A stretch of 64,000 nt of DNA from Bacteriovoracia bacterium (lineage in GTDB: Bacteria > Bdellovibrionota > UBA1018 > JBFWNL01): the NCBI GenBank assembly GCA_050251055.1, contig JBFWNL010000002.1:160001-224000 (forward strand), given 5' to 3'. This document shows, in pieces, positions 10,644-19,048 of this stretch. The position numbers and the translations under genes were made by a program. Positions within the stretch are counted from its first letter, which is position 1; each line of letters begins with the position of its first letter. The notes beneath the pieces were generated by a model. It was not told the DNA's origin and searched no databases. It saw nothing but the letters and a program-made list of their open reading frames with translations.

Positions 10644-11540
10644 TTAGGCGCTTTGCACCGGCCGCCGACGTTCGGTCCTGACTAAAAACAGGATGTACCC
10701 ACCGATCGCGGCCATCGTGAAAAGCCCTGCCAACTGCATCAATCTAAAAGCGTAAACGGCATAGCCTTTGGCGTTCACGTCGTAACGGTAGCAAAGCATG
10801 AGGAGTCGTTCGACTACGTTCCCCACTTTTCCATCCGACGCCTCCAACAACGCTAACTTCAGATCCCGGACTGGGAACTCAATCCCGTACAAGGTACGGG
10901 AGATCTTTCCTTCCGGAGTCAGAATAAAAATGCCAGCGCTATGGGCATATTCGTCATGCTCTTTATCATAAGAATAACCGAAACCTACCTGCGATGCGAG
11001 GTTTTTAATCTGGTTTTCATCACCCGTTAAAAAGTGCCAACCCTTTTCCGCGCCGATGCGGGCATAGGTTTTCATGTAAGCGGCTTTCTTTTCCGCCGCG
11101 AGCGCAGAAGATTCACGCGGATTGATACTGACGGCGACCACCCGGTATTGCTGTCCCGCATCCCAGTTCAAACCCCGAAGCGCCGTGGCCACGCCGTTCA
11201 GTACGAATGTGCAAAGCGACGCGCACTTGTAATAAGCCATCACCAAAATGACCGGCTCTTTGCCTGTAAAGAATTGACTCAGCGCAACAGCCTGGCCTTG
11301 CTCATCCTTAAAAGTCATTCCAGCGAGATTCAATTGCTGACCAGTTCTGTCGGTAATCTTTGCTTGCTCGAGTTCTTCTTTAGAGATCGACTTGCCGTCA
11401 ACCGCCGGCTCCGGCTTCTTCTTATAGAAGCTGGAATCGGCGTGCCCCGAGGTGCCGGCGGCCATCAAAATCGCGACCACAAGAATGAATGGGAAAACGA
11501 AGGACGTGAGAGAGAAAGACATCGGACGTGCGCGTTGCAT
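10644..11540 (-). CDS. SCO1/SenC family copper chaperone (start uncertain)
   Basis: YYKCASLC (CxxxC), WHFLTG, YAHSAGIFILTPEGKISR. Confidence 0.9.
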   Translation of the reverse strand: MQRARPMSFSLTSFVFPFILVVAILMAAGTSGHADSSFYKKKPEPAVDGKSISKEELEQAKITDRTGQQLNLAGMTFKDEQGQAVALSQFFTGKEPVILVMAYYKCASLCTFVLNGVATALRGLNWDAGQQYRVVAVSINPRESSALAAEKKAAYMKTYARIGAEKGWHFLTGDENQIKNLASQVGFGYSYDKEHDEYAHSAGIFILTPEGKISRTLYGIEFPVRDLKLALLEASDGKVGNVVERLLMLCYRYDVNAKGYAVYAFRLMQLAGLFTMAAIGGYILFLVRTERRRPVQSA

Positions 11541-11618
11541 GAAGCCTCCCGCATGAACTGATTTTGCGAATGGATTCAGTCCTACCACACTCAAATCAAA
11601 AATGATAGGTGCGATTTC

Positions 11619-12614
11619 ATGCCGTTTATCGCTTGGTTGACCCTGGGTTTTACGTACCTCCTAATGGTTTGGGGAAACATCGTGAGTTCGACCGGATCCG
11701 GTCTGGCTTGCCCGGATTGGCCGCTCTGTCACGGCACCATCACCCCGCCGGCTCGCCCCGATATTATCTTGGAGTGGGGCCATCGCTTACTCGCCGCAAC
11801 TACGACCACGCTGATCCTAATTAGCCTCGTCTGGGCTTGGCGGCTCTCCCGTAAATCTTCGGGTGAAAATCCGCTGGGTAAGGCCACCTTGAAGCGTTCG
11901 CTCGGCTCGATCCTTGGATTGCTGGCGATCCAGATCCCGCTGGGCGGCCTCACCGTTTATCTTGGGCTATCGGTGATTGCGAGCACGGTCCACTTGGTGA
12001 TCGCGCACGTTGTCTTAGGGCTCATCATATTACTGGCCTGCGCCCTCACTTGGAAAGAGGGCTTAGCCCTACCCCGGACGCAACCTTCACTTACCAAGTT
12101 ATCCAAGTACGCCACGATGGCGGTGTTCGGCATCCTGATCCAAATCGCCCTCGGCGGCCTAGTTCGTCATAGCGGCTTCGGCCTGGCATGCCCGCTCTTT
12201 CCGAATTGCCAGCCTGACTCGTTTTTTCCGACTCCGTTTATCGCCTCTACTGCGCTCGCCTTCTTACACCGCTGGTGGGGGGTGTTGCTCGCCGTCTTGT
12301 TCCTGCTCATGGCACGTGAAGGGCAACGCACGATGCGAGGTCCGCTCGAAAATATCGGCAATCTACCGCGCTTGGCGAACGCCACTACCGTGTTGGTGCT
12401 TCTGCAGATTGGGCTGGGCGTAGCAACGGTGTTCAGCGCGCTCCATACCCACATGCGCGCGCTGCATGCGGCGATCGGTTACGGACTCTTTGGTCTCACT
12501 TTCTATATCGCGCTTCGTAGCGGCAGCTTCACCTGGCTTTGGCGTAAGCGATCCGGCGTCGACCCGGCACGTTCGACCCGCCTTCCGACCGATGGCGTGT
12601 GGAAAGCGGTGTAG
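11619..12614 (+). CDS. ctaA: Heme A synthase (COX15/CtaA)
   Basis: GSGLACPDWPLCHG, EWGHR, second GLACP and LHR motifs. Confidence 0.92.
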   Translation: MPFIAWLTLGFTYLLMVWGNIVSSTGSGLACPDWPLCHGTITPPARPDIILEWGHRLLAATTTTLILISLVWAWRLSRKSSGENPLGKATLKRSLGSILGLLAIQIPLGGLTVYLGLSVIASTVHLVIAHVVLGLIILLACALTWKEGLALPRTQPSLTKLSKYATMAVFGILIQIALGGLVRHSGFGLACPLFPNCQPDSFFPTPFIASTALAFLHRWWGVLLAVLFLLMAREGQRTMRGPLENIGNLPRLANATTVLVLLQIGLGVATVFSALHTHMRALHAAIGYGLFGLTFYIALRSGSFTWLWRKRSGVDPARSTRLPTDGVWKAV

Positions 12615-13573
12615 CGTTGAGCGCCGCACCCTCCGAGTCGTCGGCCGTCCCGGGCGGCGCCGGCGCCTGGCACGCCGTTCGCGAGCAGTACAAACTTTAT
12701 CGAGAATTCGCTAAGTCCGGCGTCGTGGCCTTAGTGCTGATCAGCGTGCTCGGGGGTTACCTCGCGGGCCACCCCCTCGAAAAGACATTTGAATGGTCTC
12801 ATTTTCTTTGGACGCTGATTGGAATTTTCAGCTTGGCTTCGGGCTCCAGCGCCCTGAACCAACTCCAGGAAGTCGCGCACGATGCGCAGATGCCACGCAC
12901 CCAAAGCCGGCCTTTGCCGACCGGTCGCATTTCCCGGCGTCATGCCGTCGCCTTCTGCTTCGTCACTTTAGCCACGGGATTTTTGATCTTGGGCTGGCTT
13001 GATTCCCAAGTCATGTGGCTCGGTGCCGTCACCGTGTTTTTCTATAACTTCCTCTACACCCTTTGGTGGAAAAAGCATTGGGCGTTCGCCGCGATTCCCG
13101 GCGCGATTCCTGGCGCGCTTCCGATCCTGATGGGTTACGCAGCCGCTTCGGGCGAAGTCTTTACGCGCGGAGGATTGTACCTGTTCTTCATTTTGTTTTT
13201 CTGGCAGATGCCCCACTTCTGGGCCCTGGCCCTGCGGTATCAAAAAGACTACGCGTTGGGCGGCTTCCCCACGCTTCCGGTGGTGCTGGGCGCGGAAAAA
13301 ACCGTAGCCCAAATTACGATGTGGTCACTGGCATATGTGGCGCTCGCGATGATCGCCCCCTACTTCTTGATGGTAGGCGAGATCTACATGCTCGCCGCCA
13401 TCGGGGTCAGCGCGAAAATCCTCTGGGAGCTTCGCCGCTACGCCAAAGCCCCCGAAGGCAAGAACTGGCTACGCTTCTTCCTGTGGATCAACTTCAGTCT
13501 GATCATTCTGATCGCGGCGGCGGTCATCGACCTCTGGTGGATCTACCTCGCCGCGCCACTCATCATCGGTTAA
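12599..13573 (+). CDS. ctaB: Protoheme IX farnesyltransferase
   Basis: DAQMPRTQSRPLPTG, GAIPGALPILMG, WQMPHFWALA. Confidence 0.93.
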   Translation: MESGVALSAAPSESSAVPGGAGAWHAVREQYKLYREFAKSGVVALVLISVLGGYLAGHPLEKTFEWSHFLWTLIGIFSLASGSSALNQLQEVAHDAQMPRTQSRPLPTGRISRRHAVAFCFVTLATGFLILGWLDSQVMWLGAVTVFFYNFLYTLWWKKHWAFAAIPGAIPGALPILMGYAAASGEVFTRGGLYLFFILFFWQMPHFWALALRYQKDYALGGFPTLPVVLGAEKTVAQITMWSLAYVALAMIAPYFLMVGEIYMLAAIGVSAKILWELRRYAKAPEGKNWLRFFLWINFSLIILIAAAVIDLWWIYLAAPLIIG

Positions 13574-13791
13574 GTAAAAATCCCATCCTGCTTTTCTAGC
13601 TCAGCACAAACAATGTTGCGGGGCTTTCCGTGGTTGCGGGTCCACATCCTCAGGGGGACGCGCTTCCATGCGCTCAACCGCTCAGCGCCATCCTGGCCCG
13701 CGGATGCCCCCTGAGGATGTGGACCCGCAACCACGGAAAGACCTGGAACAAATTGACTCGAGCTAGAAAAGCAGGGTGGGATTTTTACTTA
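13571..13791. repeat. Long palindromic element, copy 1: outer arms 13571-13602/13760-13791 (31/32), inner arms 13624-13657/13707-13740 (34/34), conserved core 13651-13713
   Basis: Reverse-complement matching by eye; core is 57/63 identical to 38392-38454. Confidence 0.92.
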
Positions 13792-14636
13792 GTCGCGGTG
13801 AAGATGCCGTAGCGCATGCTGCGCGTTTCGTACGCGAGCCAGAGGCGGAAAACCGTCTTCGCGAACGCGCGGTCGGCGCTAGGGCTGGTGCGCAGGAACC
13901 TGCGCAAATCCGGTCGGGTGACCAACCCTTTGGTCAATCGCCACGCGCAGATGGGCCAGGTTTTTTTAACTTGCGACGATAACTCCTCGAATCGAACGTT
14001 CTTGAAGCGCGCGCGGGCGAAGAATTCGCGATACTCGGCCTCGCTGCCCATGCTAGGCAAACGGCCTTCGCGGCAAATGGGCTCAAGCAGGTGGCGCACT
14101 TCCCAGCGCGCGGGACGCTCCGTGGCCAACCACGCGCAAACCGCCATGCGGCCTCCGGGCTTTAAGGTACGATAAGCTTCCGAAAAAAACCGCGGCTTAT
14201 CCTCCATGTGCTCCGAGCTCTCAATACTCAAGACAATATCGAAATTTTCGTCGGGAAAGGAGTTCTGAAGCCAATCCTGCAGCAAGTATCGAGGACTATC
14301 CCCCAGGCCGGCATCCCGGCCTCGGGCACGCGCGTAGTCGAGCTGCGCGCTCGACAAGCTCAAGCCAATCACTTCCGCGCCATGACGCTGGGTTAGGAAA
14401 CGCGAAGTTCCTCCGTATCCACAGCCCACGTCGCAGACCCGATCGCCCGCGCGCACGTCCACCGCGCTCGCGACCTTCTCCAGCATCTGAACCACGGCCT
14501 CTTCTACGGTTTCCTCGCCATTCAGCCATAGGCCGTGGTGAAGATGCTCGCCCCAGAGCTCACGGTAATAGCGGTCTAAATCGTCGTAATGGCCAGATAT
14601 ATCGACGCCCTTTTGAATTTCGCGTGGGAAAATCAT
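13785..14636 (-). CDS. Class I SAM-dependent methyltransferase (gamma-tocopherol/sterol MT-like)
   Basis: WGEHLHHGLW, DVGCGYGG, SIESSEHMEDK, LKPGG. Confidence 0.88.
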   Translation of the reverse strand: MIFPREIQKGVDISGHYDDLDRYYRELWGEHLHHGLWLNGEETVEEAVVQMLEKVASAVDVRAGDRVCDVGCGYGGTSRFLTQRHGAEVIGLSLSSAQLDYARARGRDAGLGDSPRYLLQDWLQNSFPDENFDIVLSIESSEHMEDKPRFFSEAYRTLKPGGRMAVCAWLATERPARWEVRHLLEPICREGRLPSMGSEAEYREFFARARFKNVRFEELSSQVKKTWPICAWRLTKGLVTRPDLRRFLRTSPSADRAFAKTVFRLWLAYETRSMRYGIFTATK

Positions 14637-14674
14637 GCGTCTCAGTGAATCACAAAAACCCGGCCACTACCAGC

Positions 14675-15670
14675 TTAGGCGGCTTTTTTTACGATTTGCG
14701 CGGCGGTGACGCGGTTGCGCCCCCCGTGTTTGGATTGATAAAGCGCCTGGTCGGCGCGCTCAATAATCTCGGGCAAAGTATTTGCGTCGGACGGGAAGCT
14801 TGCCACCCCGACGCTGATGCTGACCGTGCCAAGCGGCTGGGTTTCGCGGTTAGGGAACGGGTAGTTCTGCACACCCGCGCGCAAGCGTTCGGCTAGGATC
14901 AAGGCGCCCTCCCAGTTCACGCCAGGCGCCAAAACCACAAACTCCTCGCCGCCGTAACGGGCCGGTAAATCCGTATTGCGACAAAGTTGCTGGAGCACGC
15001 GGGCTACCCCGCGCAGGACTTCGTCGCCGGCCGGATGTCCGTGGGCGTCGTTGTACTTCTTGAAGTGGTCGACGTCGCAGAAAATAATCGAGTAGGTCGT
15101 GCCGTAACGTTCGGAGCGCTCGTGTTCTTTCTTGGCTTCTTCGTTAAAATGCCGGAAATTCGCGAGCCCCGTCATCTCGTCCCGCACCGATAGCGCCTCG
15201 AGTTTCGCGTTTAGATGCTGCAGCTCCTTCAAATAGCGCTCGGCCTTCTCCTCCGCCTCGCGGATCGCGGTGACATCCTTGGCGATCACTTGAATAGCGT
15301 CGCTGCCGTCGAGCAGCTTCAGAAAGCACGCCGAAACATGCATCTTCAGGGCACGACCGTCGCGGGTGTTCCAATTGGAATCGAACTGCCTGGGATAGTA
15401 TCGGCGTCGCGCGATGCGCAGGTGCTTGGCGAACTGATCACGCTCCCGACGGTTCACGAAATTTAGGAGCGAATGTCCGCGCGCCTGGCTCGGGGCTACG
15501 GAAAGCGCCCGTTCGCTAGCCGAATTCGCGTCGAGAATGATGAAGTTATCCGGATCGATGAGGAAAGCCGAGTCCCACATCTTCTCGAAGATGTCCGAAT
15601 AGCGCGCCATCTGCGATAGCTTGCGGATCTTGTTCAGCGATGATTCGTCGTCTTCTAGTTGCTCCGACAT
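14675..15670 (-). CDS. PAS-GGDEF diguanylate cyclase
   Basis: DEMTGLAN, DVDHFKKYND, RNTD I-site, RYGGEEF; PAS-like N-terminus; RBS-supported start MSEQLEDD. Confidence 0.92.
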   Translation of the reverse strand: MSEQLEDDESSLNKIRKLSQMARYSDIFEKMWDSAFLIDPDNFIILDANSASERALSVAPSQARGHSLLNFVNRRERDQFAKHLRIARRRYYPRQFDSNWNTRDGRALKMHVSACFLKLLDGSDAIQVIAKDVTAIREAEEKAERYLKELQHLNAKLEALSVRDEMTGLANFRHFNEEAKKEHERSERYGTTYSIIFCDVDHFKKYNDAHGHPAGDEVLRGVARVLQQLCRNTDLPARYGGEEFVVLAPGVNWEGALILAERLRAGVQNYPFPNRETQPLGTVSISVGVASFPSDANTLPEIIERADQALYQSKHGGRNRVTAAQIVKKAA

Positions 15671-15775
15671 CCTCTCTATAGATCGACGAAAGCCCCTGAA
15701 ATCTGGAGGAATCCACGAGAAATCACGCGGTGTCAAAAGTCTGATACGGTGGAAGGAATATGCTAAAACCCCGGT

Positions 15776-16678
15776 ATGCCCCCCCGTTCGGCCACGCCCA
15801 CTTTCGATGAGTATTACTCCGCGCAGTACGGAGAGCGCTGGCCGGCGTTGAGGACTGCCCTCGCAGCCCATCGCCCCGGGGTTCTACGTCCCAATGGCTT
15901 CGCGGACCCCTCGTTCGTGGCGGAAGCCCTGGGCTCCCGAACGATGGCGGCGGCGTCAACGAATTGCCGGCTTGCCGATCCCGAGGAGGAACGGTTGGAG
16001 GCACCCTGCGACTCCAGGGGCCTGCGCGCCTGGTATCAGATGGATTTGGCGTCGGTACTCGCCGCCGAAACCCTCGATATTGAGCCGTTTCATCGAGTGC
16101 TCGATCTCTGCGCGGCACCCGGGGGAAAGGCCTTGATCCTAGCGGAAAAACTACGCACGCACGGGGGCCTCACTTTGAACGAACTCTCCTCGGCCCGTCG
16201 CGGGCGGCTCAAACAGGTTCTCACCGACTACCTTCCCGCCCCAAGACGCGAAGAAATTCGAGTAACTGGTTTCGACGCCGCCCAGTGGTGCCGCCACGAA
16301 AGTGAGGCGTATGATCGCGTACTGCTCGATGCTCCCTGCTCTTCTGAGGCTCACGTCGTGAGGCAACCCAGACACCTCCAGGCCTGGACGCCGAATCGTA
16401 GTCCCCAACTCGCCCAACGCCAGTATGCCCTACTCTCGTCGGCGCTGCGCCTACTCAAGCCGGGTGGCCAGCTGCTATACAGTACGTGTGCGATATCGAA
16501 ACTCGAAAACGATCGAGTTGTAGAGAGAGCCTTGGCGAACGCCACAAAGAAAAACTTTGCGTCTCGGGTCCTGCCTTTTCATTGGCCGCTGGGTGCTCCG
16601 ACTGAATTCGGGCAGATCGTACTCCCTGACCAAGACCAGTGGGGACCGCTGTACGCATGCCGCTTGGAAAGAATCTAA
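15776..16678 (+). CDS. RsmB/NOP2/RsmF family RNA m5C methyltransferase
   Basis: VLDLCAAPGGK, DRVLLDAPCS, YSTCAI. Confidence 0.9.
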   Translation: MPPRSATPTFDEYYSAQYGERWPALRTALAAHRPGVLRPNGFADPSFVAEALGSRTMAAASTNCRLADPEEERLEAPCDSRGLRAWYQMDLASVLAAETLDIEPFHRVLDLCAAPGGKALILAEKLRTHGGLTLNELSSARRGRLKQVLTDYLPAPRREEIRVTGFDAAQWCRHESEAYDRVLLDAPCSSEAHVVRQPRHLQAWTPNRSPQLAQRQYALLSSALRLLKPGGQLLYSTCAISKLENDRVVERALANATKKNFASRVLPFHWPLGAPTEFGQIVLPDQDQWGPLYACRLERI

Positions 16679-17241
16679 TCTTCGGGCGGAGCCGCCACGT
16701 CGTGTACTTCGAACTCAGGCACGATTGCCCCCCGGCACGCAGGCTCAAGCTGCTCGAGCCCAATAAGCTCACGAGCAACCACCAAACCGGGCCAATCCCG
16801 GGCCGAGTAGCTCCACGTCCCCCCAATGAATTGAGTGGCGGCAACGTAACCCACTTTTTCGTAACTCGTCCGTACCGGCGGACGCGGTAACGCGCGCACC
16901 GCCGCTAGGCAATTCTCGAGCTTATCCGGGACGACGCTGAGGGCCCCTGAAATTAACTGTTCCCGGATCGCTTCTGAAGTACTGGCCGGCGCGGGAAGCC
17001 CGAAAGCCCCACCCATTCCCTCCAAGTGCTCAACCGCCGGAACACATTCTTCCGGTCGCGCTACACCACCGGTCGCCGAGCGGTAGACTTCGCATATCTC
17101 TCTTATGGTGTGATCGATTGCGGTCTGTATTCCATTGCCCACCGCCGTCGCGCTCGAAGGGCCGCTAGAACTTTGAACGGCGCAAGCTGACACCGATGCC
17201 AGGAGTAAGCTACCCCAGGTCCGAACTAAACCGAATTTCAC
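16675..17241 (-). CDS. Cys-patterned lipoprotein with T-A-V-G-N motif (paralog B)
   Basis: Lipobox VSA-C; GPSSATAVGNG identical to the neighbouring gene. Confidence 0.72.
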   Translation of the reverse strand: MKFGLVRTWGSLLLASVSACAVQSSSGPSSATAVGNGIQTAIDHTIREICEVYRSATGGVARPEECVPAVEHLEGMGGAFGLPAPASTSEAIREQLISGALSVVPDKLENCLAAVRALPRPPVRTSYEKVGYVAATQFIGGTWSYSARDWPGLVVARELIGLEQLEPACRGAIVPEFEVHDVAAPPED

Positions 17242-17272
17242 GAATCCCCCAAACTGTCGCCCGAACTGAAAC

Positions 17273-17860
17273 CTAATCTGCTACCGGAATAGCGCTCTCG
17301 CTCGCCGATGGCGTCGCGACGAACACGCCGCTGCATGCCGCCCGCACGGTATCGCCATCTACCGGAACTACATTTGTACGAGAATCGATGGGTGGTCTCG
17401 CGACCATACTCACCCCGGCCGAACCAATCACCATAGGAACGGCCTGATAACCTGAAGTCTGGTAACTTTCCGCGACCGGACGGCACCGTAGGCTCTCGAC
17501 CGCGGTCAAGCACCCATCAAAGCGTGGTTCGGCGACCCGTAAGTCCCCTAACTCGAGCAGCCGACTGATGTCGGACGCAGTTTGAACCGTCTCGGGAAGC
17601 CCGAATCCGACAGGTCCCATGCCCGGAACGTGGGGAACCGTGTCCAAACATTCCGAAACAATCGCTAAGCCGCCGGTGCAAGCCTGGTAAACTTCGCAAG
17701 TGGCGGAGATGATGCGTTGGATCGCGTTCCGTTCTCCGTTCCCTACCGCGGTCGCACTAGAAGGACCGGAAGCCTGCTGGCTCGAACAGCCGCCCCCGAC
17801 AGCCAGCATCGAGAGGGCCGCGAAAGCTCCGAGATAACGGCGCGCGCGTACGTTCATCAT
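17273..17860 (-). CDS. Cys-patterned lipoprotein with T-A-V-G-N motif (paralog A)
   Basis: Signal peptide ending GGG-C; ATG overlaps the TIGR02147 stop (ATGA); GPSSATAVGNG. Confidence 0.72.
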   Translation of the reverse strand: MMNVRARRYLGAFAALSMLAVGGGCSSQQASGPSSATAVGNGERNAIQRIISATCEVYQACTGGLAIVSECLDTVPHVPGMGPVGFGLPETVQTASDISRLLELGDLRVAEPRFDGCLTAVESLRCRPVAESYQTSGYQAVPMVIGSAGVSMVARPPIDSRTNVVPVDGDTVRAACSGVFVATPSASESAIPVAD

Positions 17861-18723
17861 GCCGACTCCTTTTTGATTTTGTGTGAAATGGGGAAAAGCT
17901 GCAGGCAAAGCTGATAGACCCGGCCCACCGAGCCGCTGTCCTTCGCCACGAGTTCGAGCACCTGCTCCTTAAACTGCCGCGAGAGCTGCTTGATCTCCTG
18001 GGCGCATTCGTCGGAAACCGCGAGCGTGATCGCCGATAGATCCCGCTCCGTCTTGGCGAAACGGTCAATCGACTCCGAAGCGATGCGGATCATCTGCTTG
18101 TGATACTTCGTCACCAGGGCCGAAGTAACGTTGTCGGGAGTATTGACGATCTTCGCGCATTGAACGAGCTTTCCGCCTTCGTCCCGTTTGACCAGCCCCA
18201 GCTGCTCGAGATCGTCGAGGGCCTTACGGGCCTGGGCGGTCGAGATCGTGGGGTTTAGCTGTTGCGCGATGACCGCCGGATTTTCGTCAAAGCCGGGTTT
18301 ACCCACCATCTCGCGAATCGGGATGTAAAACCACTCCGCGAAGTAGTTGTACTGAGCTTCCTTAAGCGGATAGATCTTCTTGAAATGGGCGCTCAACACC
18401 AGGGCGGTGGCGAAGCGCTCACGCTCCTCGGAGTTGGCCGCCTGGTTCAAGCCCACGAGATTCGTGAAGAACGCGCCTTCGGGGCGAGAAAGGCCCATGG
18501 CGTCGATCGTTCGCTGCGTGCTCGCAGGCGAAAGGTTTCGCTTTCCCGAAATAATGAGTTTGAAAAAATTGGAAGAGCTGTAGCCCGCTGCCTTGGCGAA
18601 ATAGCGATAGGAAAAGAACCGCTTATGGGACTTCATATAGTTGTAGTAGTCCCCTAAAAAGACGCGGTAGTCGCTATATTCAAAAATATTGGGTTTCGAT
18701 GCCCCGACGGAACTTGGCCCCAT
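17857..18723 (-). CDS. TIGR02147/DUF4423 family HTH protein, copy 2
   Basis: IFEYSDYR..FSYRYFAKAAG..GKRNL; WFYIPIREM; VYQLCLQLFP. Confidence 0.88.
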   Translation of the reverse strand: MGPSSVGASKPNIFEYSDYRVFLGDYYNYMKSHKRFFSYRYFAKAAGYSSSNFFKLIISGKRNLSPASTQRTIDAMGLSRPEGAFFTNLVGLNQAANSEERERFATALVLSAHFKKIYPLKEAQYNYFAEWFYIPIREMVGKPGFDENPAVIAQQLNPTISTAQARKALDDLEQLGLVKRDEGGKLVQCAKIVNTPDNVTSALVTKYHKQMIRIASESIDRFAKTERDLSAITLAVSDECAQEIKQLSRQFKEQVLELVAKDSGSVGRVYQLCLQLFPISHKIKKESA

Positions 18724-19048
18724 AATTCCCCTTCGAATCTTAAGAATAGCCAATTAAACGAACGCGCATAATGTGTCCGATTTTACCCGGTCTTCCCCGC
18801 GATTCAGGCCCCCCGCACACGCCAGCACACACGATTCGGCGATGAAAACGCCTATTCGTGGTCCCGTCGAACGCCCTCCCGCATAGTGGAATCAGCAAGT
18901 GTCTGGGTCAATTTTTGATACCGACCCGACGCGCCGATCTCGGAATGGTCCGGGGTTCGGGGGCATCCACGGCTAAAGAAAGTCGCCCTCATTTAGCTTG
19001 GATGTCCCCGACGGCGTTGCTTGGCGTAAATTACTGGGGGATCGGGGC

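Noticed and set aside
13630-13812. Small ORFs here and at 38287-38595 sharing QGDALPCA.PLSA.LARG
   Set aside because: The similarity is just the translated repeat core; no RBS support, and covariation points to nucleic-acid structure
15671-15871. N-terminal extension of the GGDEF ORF
   Set aside because: Overlaps the divergent methyltransferase; better RBS and ATG at 15670
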